Positions 31,670-44,451 of a DNA stretch of 64,000 nucleotides are shown here, piece by piece; the first letter of the stretch is position 1, and each line of letters begins with the position of its first letter. The stretch covers positions 32,001 through 96,000 of the forward strand of contig CAWFGE010000020.1 in the NCBI GenBank assembly GCA_963815195.1, in the 5' to 3' direction. The position numbers and the translations under genes were made by a program. Below the pieces are notes generated by a model. That model was not told the DNA's origin and ran no database searches. It saw only the letters and a program-made list of their open reading frames with translations. The DNA is from an uncultured Planctomycetaceae bacterium (GTDB lineage: Bacteria; Planctomycetota; Planctomycetia; Planctomycetales; Planctomycetaceae).

Positions 31670-32203
31670 ATGAACACTTCCCAAATCCACCAACTCCTGC
31701 TCGAACAATTTGGCGAAGCCAAAATCACCGGGGCCAATCTGGAAGCGACCGACCCGTGGGTGGAAGTCGCGGCCTCGGCCATTTTGGAAGTCGCGGCGTT
31801 CCTGAAAGACGACCCCCGGCTCGCGTTCGATCATTTGAACGACCTGTGCGGCGCCGATTACTGCGAACCGGACCCCAAAAAAGCCAAGAAGTTCCCCCAC
31901 GAGCCGCACGTGGAAGTCGTGTATCACCTTTCCAGCTACGACCAAAAACATTCCCTGGTGGTCAAAGTCAAGCTCCCCCGCTGGCAGGACGGACGGGAAG
32001 GCCAAATCCCGCAGGTGGATTCCGTGGCGGGCCTGTGGGCGATCGCCGACTGGCACGAACGCGAAGCCTATGACCTCGTGGGCATCGAGTTTTTGAACCA
32101 CCCGAACCTCAGGCGCATCCTCTGCCCGGAAGACTGGGTCGGCCATCCATTGCGGAAAGACTACGAGTTCCCGTTGGAATACCACGGCATCCGCGGACGG
32201 TGA
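31670..32203 (+). CDS. nuoC: NADH-quinone oxidoreductase subunit C
   Basis: DLCGADY; VVYHL.S; ADWHEREAYDLVGI.F.NHPNLRRIL; GHPLRKDY. Confidence 0.93.
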   Translation: MNTSQIHQLLLEQFGEAKITGANLEATDPWVEVAASAILEVAAFLKDDPRLAFDHLNDLCGADYCEPDPKKAKKFPHEPHVEVVYHLSSYDQKHSLVVKVKLPRWQDGREGQIPQVDSVAGLWAIADWHEREAYDLVGIEFLNHPNLRRILCPEDWVGHPLRKDYEFPLEYHGIRGR

Positions 32204-32260
32204 TTGTCGTAGACCGGCCAGGCAACGAAACATTTCAGAAGGCACATTTAGGCAACCACA

Positions 32261-33499
32261 ATGAGCATGCAAATTGAAGACCCGCGGGTGGTCGAGTTCG
32301 ATGTCCGCACGGACGAGATGCTGATTAACATGGGGCCGCAGCACCCGAGCACGCATGGCGTCTTGCGGCTGCTGCTGCGGACCGACGGCGAAGTCGTCCG
32401 CGAGGTGACGCCCCACATCGGCTACCTGCACCGCTGCGCGGAGAAGATCGGCGAGAACCTCACCCCGGTCCAATGGATTCCCTACACCGACCGCATGGAC
32501 TATCTCGCGGCGATGAACATGAACCTGGGCATGGCGCTCGCGGTGGAAAAGCTCCTCAAAATGGAAGTCCCCGAAAAGGCGATGACGCTGCGGGTGATCA
32601 TCGCCGAGATGGGCCGGATCGCCAGCCACCTCGTCGGCATGGGGGCTTACGGCTTGGACCTGGGCTCGTTCAGCCCGTTCTTGTACGCCTTCCGCGAACG
32701 GGAGATCATTCTCGATCTGTTCGAGGAAGCCTGCGGGGCCCGGCTGACTTACAGCTACCTCACCGTGGGCGGAGCGACGCACGACCTGCCGGATCAAATT
32801 ATCATCCCGCCGGGCCTCGCGGCGCTCATCGGCGAAAGCCCGAAGAGAAAACTGCTGTGGACCGAGACGGTGCTGATCTTTCTGGATTGGCTCGTCGAGC
32901 GGATCAAGGAATACCACGCTCTCTTGACCCGCAATGCGATCTTCATCAAACGGACCGCCAACCTCGGCGTTCTCTCGCGGGAGGATGCGATCAGCTACGG
33001 CTGCACGGGGCCGGTGCTCAGGGGCAGCGGGGTCGATCATGACCTCCGCCGCGACGGCGAGCCGATCTACACCCGCATGTATGAGGGCTACGACTTCCAA
33101 ATCCCCGTCGCCCCGTTTGCCGACGCCCCGCCGGAAGTGGTCCTAGGCGACAACTGGTGCCGGTTTTACGTCCGCATGCTGGAGGTCGTGCAGGCGATCG
33201 GCCTGGTTCGGCAAGCAATTGCCAGATACCCCAAAGCCGAAGGCACGTACCGCGTGCCTCACAAAATGACCACCAAGCTGCCCCAGGACGAGTGCTATCT
33301 CGAAACCGAATGCCCCCGCGGGCAGATGGGCTTTTACATCGTGGGCAACGGCGAAGCGGAACCCTTCCGCGCCCGGGCGAAAAGCTCCTCGTTCTGCAAT
33401 CTTTCGGTGACAGGCCCCCTTTGTGCTGGCACCCTCATCGCCGACGTCCCCGCCATCGTCGGTTCCCTCGACGTGGTCATGGGCGAGATCGACCGCTAA
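32261..33499 (+). CDS. nuoD: NADH-quinone oxidoreductase subunit D
   Basis: NMGPQHPSTHGVLRL; IGYLHRC.EK; DRMDY; RIASHL; GPVLRGSG; E.PRG; GSLDVVMGEIDR. Confidence 0.95.
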   Translation: MSMQIEDPRVVEFDVRTDEMLINMGPQHPSTHGVLRLLLRTDGEVVREVTPHIGYLHRCAEKIGENLTPVQWIPYTDRMDYLAAMNMNLGMALAVEKLLKMEVPEKAMTLRVIIAEMGRIASHLVGMGAYGLDLGSFSPFLYAFREREIILDLFEEACGARLTYSYLTVGGATHDLPDQIIIPPGLAALIGESPKRKLLWTETVLIFLDWLVERIKEYHALLTRNAIFIKRTANLGVLSREDAISYGCTGPVLRGSGVDHDLRRDGEPIYTRMYEGYDFQIPVAPFADAPPEVVLGDNWCRFYVRMLEVVQAIGLVRQAIARYPKAEGTYRVPHKMTTKLPQDECYLETECPRGQMGFYIVGNGEAEPFRARAKSSSFCNLSVTGPLCAGTLIADVPAIVGSLDVVMGEIDR

Positions 33500-33501
33500 A
33501 A

Positions 33502-33562
33502 GGCGGAGAGCAGAGAGCCAATCCGATCTTCCGGCTCTCCACACTCCGCTCTTGGCTCTCCG
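33502..33562. terminator. Hairpin between convergent nuoD and the MgtC-family gene
   Basis: GCGGAGAGC..AGAGC ... GCTCTTGGCTCTCCGC imperfect inverted repeat. Confidence 0.45.
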
Positions 33563-33569
33563 CTGACAA

Positions 33570-34829
33570 TCAGCTGATGCTCGGCCAGAAGAGGACGATC
33601 AGCGTGCCGCCTATCAAAGCGAGGCCGAACACGAGGGAGACTTGCTTGAGCAGTTTCCGGCTGCCTAAAAAGGCGACGATGCCCCCTTTGAAGAGCAGGT
33701 TGGAAAGGTAGCCGATCGCGATCATCCGCCAGCCGGTGTCTGCGTCGATTTGATCCTGGACAACCAGCCTCGCCGTGGACAGCGTGATCGCGTCCATGTC
33801 GATCAATCCCGACAGACCGGCGACGGCATACAGGCCCGTGCTGCCGAACCGCTCCTTCGCCGCCGCCACGCCGAACAGCACCACCGCATAGAGTGCGCCG
33901 AACACGAGCGCCGCCTTCAGTTCGGACGGGTTTCGGTTGCCAAATCCCGCTCCGTCTTCCTTGGGCAGCGGCCGGAAGAACGCAAACGCGGCCGTGATCG
34001 CCGCCATCATGCCGGTGAGTGCGGCCATCGGCATCCAAAACCTTAGGATCAACGAGGGAGCCACCAGGCCGACTTCAAACAGCACCCGCCCGAACACCAC
34101 CGTCGACGCCAAGAGGATCACAAGCGTGGCGGCGGCCGGGTTGTCTTGGCCCTTGGTTTGGCGGGAAAATGTGACCGCGGTGGCGGTGCTGGAAATCACG
34201 CCGCCCAGGATCCCGCTCAGCCAGGCCGACGCCTTTTCACCGAGGAACTGGGCCGCGAGATACCCTGCCAGGCTGATGCCGCAAATCAAGACGACCAGCC
34301 GCCAGATGTCGAAGGGATTGAGGACTTTGTAGGGATCGAAATCCAGACTGCGATCGGGCATCAGCGGGAGAATGATGAGCGCGAGGAGCACGAGCTGCAT
34401 GATCGCCCGCACCTCGTCTTTTTCCAGCCGCTCGATAAACCAGTGGATCGGATCTTTCCAATGGAGCAGCACGGCGACGGCTCCGCCTAAGAGGATCGGC
34501 AGCTCCATCGGCAGAAAGATCAAAGCCGCCCCGATTAGAAACATCAAACACGCGGCGACGTGCGTGGTCAGGCCGATCGTCTCCTCGTCTTCCTCATCCC
34601 ATTTGATGAAGGTCCCCAGAACCAACAGCCCCGCCGTCACAAACAGCCCCGCGGGGACCGTCCACACGCTCACGAATTTTGAAAGCACGCCGCAGAGCGT
34701 GCCGAACAGCGTCAACAGGGCAAACGTCCGCACGCCCGCCACATGCGGCGCGGTCCACTCCCGCTGAAACCCCACCAGAAGCCCCAGCCCCAAGGACAAG
34801 GCGAATTTTTCGACCAACTCCCAATCCAT
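33570..34829 (-). CDS. MgtC/SapB-family membrane protein with DUF4010 domain
   Basis: GLLVGFQRE..AGVRTF; GLTT..A; LNPF.IW..V.LI.GISL.GY; GG.ISSTA; SGL.D.DAITLS. Confidence 0.88.
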   Translation of the reverse strand: MDWELVEKFALSLGLGLLVGFQREWTAPHVAGVRTFALLTLFGTLCGVLSKFVSVWTVPAGLFVTAGLLVLGTFIKWDEEDEETIGLTTHVAACLMFLIGAALIFLPMELPILLGGAVAVLLHWKDPIHWFIERLEKDEVRAIMQLVLLALIILPLMPDRSLDFDPYKVLNPFDIWRLVVLICGISLAGYLAAQFLGEKASAWLSGILGGVISSTATAVTFSRQTKGQDNPAAATLVILLASTVVFGRVLFEVGLVAPSLILRFWMPMAALTGMMAAITAAFAFFRPLPKEDGAGFGNRNPSELKAALVFGALYAVVLFGVAAAKERFGSTGLYAVAGLSGLIDMDAITLSTARLVVQDQIDADTGWRMIAIGYLSNLLFKGGIVAFLGSRKLLKQVSLVFGLALIGGTLIVLFWPSIS

Positions 34830-34882
34830 AATCCCTCTGCCGCTTCGCGATTAAGAATTCAAAAGATCTGGCTCATTTCGCT

Positions 34883-35175
34883 TAAACGCAAAGGCGCAGA
34901 GAAAAGCCGCAAAGGCCGCAAAGAGAAACTGCAAAGGGGCTGAGAGTTTTTCTGTGTGTGGAAGTACTTTGGATCGTTCGAGAAATAACTGTCCTGCAAA
35001 AGTGAGCGGCAAGGCGCTAGCCTCCGGTTTTTCCCATCTTTTTCCCATCCGAAGAACCGGTGGCTAGCGCCGTTCCGCTCAGTTATTTATCGAAGGATGC
35101 TTAAACTGCGCCGACGAGCCGTGCCTTTCTTCATGCTTTGTGTTCTTTGCGTCTTCTCTTTGCGTCTTTGCGTTA
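34883..35175. repeat. Three-level nested inverted-repeat structure
   Basis: Outer CGCAAAG-rich / CTTTGCG-rich arms; middle 34971-34990 / 35081-35100; inner 35003-35030 / 35054-35081. Confidence 0.75.
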
Positions 35176-35185
35176 GATCTTTTGC

Positions 35186-38138
35186 TCACTCCGGCAGGTC
35201 AATGGGGACTTTGCCGCCCAGGTATCGCCAGTTTTTGATGAACGAAATCAGATCGGCCATTTGCTGTTTGGAGATGTTTTTCTCCAAACCCACGGGCATC
35301 AGCGAGACGCCATCCGATTTCAGGACCTCGATTTCGCTGCGGAGGATCGTGGCGGTTTTGGCTTCGGGTTGTTTGAGGGTCAGCGAGGTTTCGGTTTCGG
35401 TCTCGATGATGCCCGTCAAGCGTTTCGCCGGCGGTGGTCAGCACGGTGAAGCTGAAATAGTTGTTGTCGATGGCCCGGTTGGGATCGAGGATGTCGGTGA
35501 GGAGTGCCGCGGGTTGGCGGGTGCGGGAGTCGGCGATGTCCGGGGCGACGTTGACGCCGTCGCTGCCAACGCGATGGCACGCAGCGCAGTTCTTCACAAA
35601 CACCGCCCGCCCGCGGTCGGGGTCGGCGGAGAGAGACAGAGCGGCTTCGATAGTCGTTCAGAACTTCCCGCCGGTCCTGCGGAATGGCGGCGGCCAGAAG
35701 TTTCTTCGCCTACTTTTTGAACGTCCTGGTCGCGATGTCCGGTCAGGCGTTTTACCTGGGCCGGGCTGAGTTCGTTCACCGCGAGTTTTTTCGCGGCAAC
35801 CGCATCGAGCAAAGCCCGCGTGCGATCGGTGTTCGCGAGAAGACAATCCAAAATCGCCCGCCGCACCGCTGGCGTGTTCGCGCGAAAATCGGTCAAAAGT
35901 TTGAGGGCGATGTCTGGATCGGACAACCGGGCCAACAGCCCGATGGCTTGGACCCGCAGCGACTGGTTCGGCTCTTTCGTCGCCAGGTCTTTGAGTACCG
36001 GCCCGGCGATTTTCGCATCGGCAAACCGCAAAAGCTCCAGACCCGCGAGCCGGCGGCTCATGGGTTTTTTGGAGGAAGCGGCATCCTGGGCGGCCGTCTG
36101 GAACACGCGGGACATGGCCTGTTGCGAAGTGTCCGGCATGGCTTGGATTTGACTGGCGAGCGATTGCCGGCGGCGGGCCAGGCCTTCGCCCAATCCGATC
36201 AAAATCGGCTCGGCGACTTGCGGCGAGTCGGCGTGATTCGTCGCCAGCGTTTCCAACACCCGCCGAATTTCTCCGGGCTGATTCTGCGAACCGAGGACCT
36301 CGGCCACGCCCTGAAGCAGCGGTTTCGCGTCGGCACCTTTCGGCAACTGATCCAAAATCGAAAGCAACAGCCCCGCCGTGTGATCGCCGACGGAAGACAA
36401 CACCGCCGCGCGGGTCCATTCCTCTTGGGGCGCCTGCACCGCGATCTTCGCAAGCAACGGCCGGGTGTGGTCTTGATTCTTGACTTCCCCCAGGCTCAAC
36501 GCCAGTTGGAATCGCAAGCGGGCATCCGGATGATCGGCGAACGCCGCGAATTTTTGTTGCAACTCGGCGTTTTTAGAAAGCCAAGGCTCCGCAAGACGGA
36601 TCGCCTGCTCGATCACGCGCGGATGCGGATCGTTTAAGGCTTGAGCAATCACTTCCGGCGTCAACTTATCAAGTCCCCGAAGAGCCCAAAGGGCACGCAC
36701 CCGGCCTTCGGGAGTTTTTCCCTCGGCAACCAGGGACTTGAGAGGGGCAATGCACCCGGCGTCTTGCCTTTCATAAATCAACCGCGCCGCCGTTTCTCGC
36801 TGCCAACTGTTGGGATGATCCAATAACTTCACCCAATCCGCCGGCGAGAGGTTGGCGAGGGAGCCGGATTCGCTGCGTTTTGGCAGTTGGCCGGACTTGG
36901 GGACGATGCGGTAAATTCGGCCGCGGTCGTTGCCGTCGGTCAGGTCGCGGCGGGTTTTGAGTTCGGTGGGCATGAACTGCGGATGCTCGATCACCGCCCG
37001 ATACATATCGACAACATACAGCGCCCCGTCGGGAGCATTCGCCAGGTTCACCGCCCGGAACCAGGGATCCCGGCTCGCGAGAAATTCCACGCCTTCGCGG
37101 CCGTAATGCGAAGTGAACGTCGCCCCGTCGGGCGAAAGCACATCACGGTGCACGAGGCTGCCGGTCGGCTCGCAGGTGAAACTGTTCCCGCGAAATTCTG
37201 TGGGCAAAGCGTCGCCTTGATAAATCGTCACCCCGCAAGCCGCCGTGAATTGGCCGGCATGCAGCGTCGAGGTCGTCCAGGCTTTGGTCAGCGGATACAC
37301 GCGGGAGGCTTCGCCTGCGGGCGCAACATCGTTGGCGACCTGGCTCACGGCGAGGTTGGGATTGCGGGCGAGATATTCGCTTTCGAGGACGATGTGTTTC
37401 GAGGGGTTGCGGTTGCTGCACACGAAGCGGTTTCCGAAGGCGTCGAAGGTCAAGCCCGAACTGCCCCACGCCCGAGATCGCGGCATAGGTTTCGGAGAGC
37501 GGATCGAAACGAAAATCCCGCCCGCTGATGGAGATGGGCTTTCCGCCGATTTTCGCGACCACGCCGCCCCGCAAGCCGTTGGCGATGTAAACCTGGTTGT
37601 CCAATCCGAAGGTGGGATGATTGGCCCGCAGTTGCGGGTTTTCTTCCGTGAAGCCGGTGAACCAGGTTTCCCGCTCGACGATGCCGTCGCCATTCTCATC
37701 CTGAAAATACGCCACCTTTCCGGACATCGTCACGATCACGCCGCCTTTCCAGGGTTGCACGCCGTTGGCGAACAGCAGGTTGTCGGCAAAGACCTCGGCG
37801 GTTTCATAAAACCCATCGCCGTCCTGGTCTTTGAGGAGTTTGATCCGCGACTTCGGGGATTCGCCCGGCGCGGGGCCGTTGGGATAGTCCCGCATCTCGG
37901 CGACCCACAATCGGCCTTGTTCATCGAATGCCATCGCCACCGGATCGACCACCTGCGGCTCGCACGCGACCAGTTCGACTTTGAGATCCGGATGCGTCAC
38001 CAGGGAGTTGAGCGAATCCCGCGGCGACACCGGCCCGGCGATCGCCTCCGTTTTTTCCTCCGCCGGAGCAAAGTTCCCAAGGGGCAATAACCCGCCGAGA
38101 ATCAATCCCAGCAAATGTCGCAATCGGCAATGGCTCAT
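35186..38138 (-). CDS. PVC-type heme-binding CxxCH membrane-bound dehydrogenase-like protein (several apparent frameshifts, near 37455, 35710, 35645, 35425)
   Basis: ELVACEP.VVDPVAMAFD..GRLWV.EM.DYP; D.DGDG; FTAACG; APDGALYVVDMYR.VIEHP; HEAT-like repeats; C-terminal CAACH..IL.P..SLMP.GLE. Confidence 0.85.
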
Positions 38139-38406
38139 CGTTTTCCCGTCTGAAGGTTTGAGTGGTCAAGTGTTGGAATCTTCGCTTATCACCATACTCA
38201 GCCGCCGCCGTCGATGCCAGCGCCGACGGGACGCGCGAGATCCGCGAACTGATTGCACGTGGGGATGAATCCCTGTATTCTGGGAGAGTGGAGGAGTTTT
38301 TCTGGTGGAGAATTCCTCAGCAGCGTAGCGGCATCCGGCCCATCACATTCTGATGGCCGGTTTTTAATCATTGAGACTCACCGATCCTCTCGGTTAAGCG
38401 GCAACG

Positions 38407-41976
<3,570 letters not shown>

Positions 41977-42180
41977 TCTGGGAGCCTCCGCCCCAGGAGC
42001 CGTTCTGATTATAATCCCAAAGCGGCAACGACTGGTGACAAACTGGAAAACCCCGCGCTAACGCCCGGCGGTTGATGAAGTCATCCGCCAAAACTCGCTC
42101 GCGGCCGGTTCCTTGACTGGAAAAGAACAAAACTGCGGGCGACCTAGATGTTTATTTCGTAAGTTTCCCGGCAGCTTTAT

Positions 42181-42239
42181 TAGCCCGAAGCGCACGCGAG
42201 GGTCTTCGTAAGTTAAACCCTCGCTTTTGCTTCGGGCTA
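42181..42239. repeat. REP-like palindrome upstream of glgA
   Basis: TAGCCCGAAGC..GCGAGGG ... CCCTCGC..GCTTCGGGCTA. Confidence 0.7.
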
Positions 42240-42413
42240 GAATTTGTTTCACGATGACTTCCCAAGAACTTGCAAAACGAACATCTAGCCCACGGTTCCG
42301 CGGTCGATGCGAAGAAACCGACGCCAGCGCGTGCCGGCTGATTGATCCCGGCGAGCCGTCCGGGTTCGAAAACCAACTCGATGCACGATGTTTTCGAGAG
42401 ATGAAGGTCTGGA

Positions 42414-43898
42414 ATGCGAATTCTGCTTGCAAGTTCGGAGGCGGTTCCGTTTGCCAAGACGGGCGGGCTGGCGGATGTGGCGTCCGCATTGTCCAAAGCC
42501 CTCAAAGACGCCGGGCACGAGGTGACATTGATCCTCCCGAATTATCCCCGGCGGATGGCCAGGCCAGGCGGACTCGCGGACTCCGTTTTCGAAACCGGAG
42601 CGGCGGTCGATGTGCCCATTCGCTCGGATCGTGTCCCGGGGCGATTGCTGGAAACCCGGCTGCCCGATTCCGACGTGCGGGTGCTTCTCGTCGATTGCCC
42701 CGAGTATTTCGACCGCGAAGGTTTGTACGGCGGCGAGGGGCGGGACTATATCGACAACTGCGAGCGGTTCGTGTTTTTCAGCCGGGCCGTGCTGCAAGCG
42801 GCCGTGGCCCTCAACCTCCGACCGGAAGTCATCCACGCCAACGATTGGCAAACCGGCCTCATTCCCGCGCTTCTGCAAATCGAAGAGCGGGGCAAGCCGC
42901 CTTTGGGAAGAACCGCGTCGGTGTTCACGATTCACAACATGGCCTTTCACGGCTCGTTCTGGCATTTTGACATGCCTTTGACCGGTCTCGATTGGCGGTA
43001 CTTCAATTTTCATCAAATGGAATTTCACGGCAAGCTTAGCCTGCTGAAAACGGGGATCGTGTTCGCCGACCAGATCACCACGGTCAGCCCCAGTTATGCC
43101 CGCGAGATTCAGACGCCGGATTTCGGCTGCGGACTGGATGGCGTGCTCGCCGGCCTGCGCGCGGATTTGACGGGGATCCTCAACGGCATCGATCCCGGCG
43201 TCTGGAACCCGGCCGCCGACCCCGCGCTGCCCGCGAACTACAGCGCCGAAACCTGGCAAGAGCCCGGCGGAAAGCCGGCGTGCAAGCGGGCTTTGCAGGA
43301 AGAGTTTCATTTGCCGGCGCGATCGGATATCCCCCTCTTCGGCATGATCTCGCGGATCACCGAGCAGAAAGGGTTCGATCTCATCCGGGACAAGATGCAC
43401 GAGTTCTTGAAACGCGACGTGCAGTTTTGCATTTTGGGGAGCGGCGAACCGCAAATCGAGGCCTGGCTCAAAGATCTCGCCCGCGATGACTCCGAACGCG
43501 TGGCCGTGCGGGTCGGGTTTGACGAAGGCCTCGCCCACCGCATCGAAGCCGGCTGCGACGCCTTCCTGATGCCCAGCCGCTTCGAGCCGTGCGGCCTCAA
43601 TCAGATGTATAGCCTGCGCTATGGCACCGTGCCCGTCGTGCATGCCGTGGGCGGATTGGCCGATACCGTCGTCGATGCGAGCGAGTACAACCTCAACAAT
43701 GCCACCGCCAACGGGTTCAGCTTCTACGACTACACCGCCCGCGCGTTCGCTCACACGATGCGGCGTGCGATCGATCTCTTCCAAAACCGGGACGCCTGGT
43801 CGCAGCTTGTCGCAACCGGAATGCGTCAAGACTGGTCCTGGAAGCCCCGCGCGGAGGCCTATCTCGCCGTCTATGAAAAAGCATTGGCGAAGCTCTAA
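42414..43898 (+). CDS. glgA: Glycogen synthase
   Basis: E.VPFAKTGGLADV; HANDWQ; TIHN; TVSPSYA; NGID; R...QKG; PSRFEPCGL.Q. Confidence 0.96.
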   Translation: MRILLASSEAVPFAKTGGLADVASALSKALKDAGHEVTLILPNYPRRMARPGGLADSVFETGAAVDVPIRSDRVPGRLLETRLPDSDVRVLLVDCPEYFDREGLYGGEGRDYIDNCERFVFFSRAVLQAAVALNLRPEVIHANDWQTGLIPALLQIEERGKPPLGRTASVFTIHNMAFHGSFWHFDMPLTGLDWRYFNFHQMEFHGKLSLLKTGIVFADQITTVSPSYAREIQTPDFGCGLDGVLAGLRADLTGILNGIDPGVWNPAADPALPANYSAETWQEPGGKPACKRALQEEFHLPARSDIPLFGMISRITEQKGFDLIRDKMHEFLKRDVQFCILGSGEPQIEAWLKDLARDDSERVAVRVGFDEGLAHRIEAGCDAFLMPSRFEPCGLNQMYSLRYGTVPVVHAVGGLADTVVDASEYNLNNATANGFSFYDYTARAFAHTMRRAIDLFQNRDAWSQLVATGMRQDWSWKPRAEAYLAVYEKALAKL

Positions 43899-43925
43899 CC
43901 CCCTCGATGCCGAGCGCGCCCCATC

Positions 43926-43981
43926 AAGAGCCGCGCACGCAGTAAGCGGAACAGGCACCGCTTACTGCATGCGCGGCTCTT
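43926..43981. repeat. 24-bp-arm REP-like hairpin between convergent genes
   Basis: AAGAGCCGCGCACGCAGTAAGCGG-N8-CCGCTTACTGCATGCGCGGCTCTT. Confidence 0.75.
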
Positions 43982-43999
43982 TGTCTTTTCGTGGCGGCG

Positions 44000-44443
44000 T
44001 CAATTCCCCGTGAAGAGGTCCCACAGTCGCGGGGTGAAGATCAACAGCACGATGGCGATGGCTCCGAGGATGGTCATAAACACGCCGGCGGTGGCGATGC
44101 GGCGGGCGGTTTGGATGGATTCGGAGAGGTGGTGGCTTAGGTTCCGGAACACGGCCCTGATGACGAGATGAAACAGTTCCGCCGAGAACACCATCGTGAA
44201 GCTTACAATGAGCAGGCCCCATTCGAAGAGCGAAATCCCCAAGACCAACGCCGCGGTCGTCACGATCGTGGCGAGGAACAAGTGCACGAACAGCGTGCTG
44301 TCGGTGCGGAAGCCTTCGGTCAAGCCGCGCTCGGCTTCCACCAGCCGCCGCCGCCAGGGAGACCGCCGGCGGTCCGCGTTCGAGAGGGCGGGCGCATCGT
44401 CAGGAGGCGTGTGAGGCCGCAGTTTGACGGGAGGTTGGGCCAT
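44000..44443 (-). CDS. Diacylglycerol / undecaprenol kinase family (DgkA-like)
   Basis: A.RG; three TMs; V..AELF; typical E..NT.IE and KD..A motifs are degenerate (ELFHLVIR, ARRIATAG). Confidence 0.7.
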   Translation of the reverse strand: MAQPPVKLRPHTPPDDAPALSNADRRRSPWRRRLVEAERGLTEGFRTDSTLFVHLFLATIVTTAALVLGISLFEWGLLIVSFTMVFSAELFHLVIRAVFRNLSHHLSESIQTARRIATAGVFMTILGAIAIVLLIFTPRLWDLFTGN

Positions 44444-44451
44444 AATCGAAG

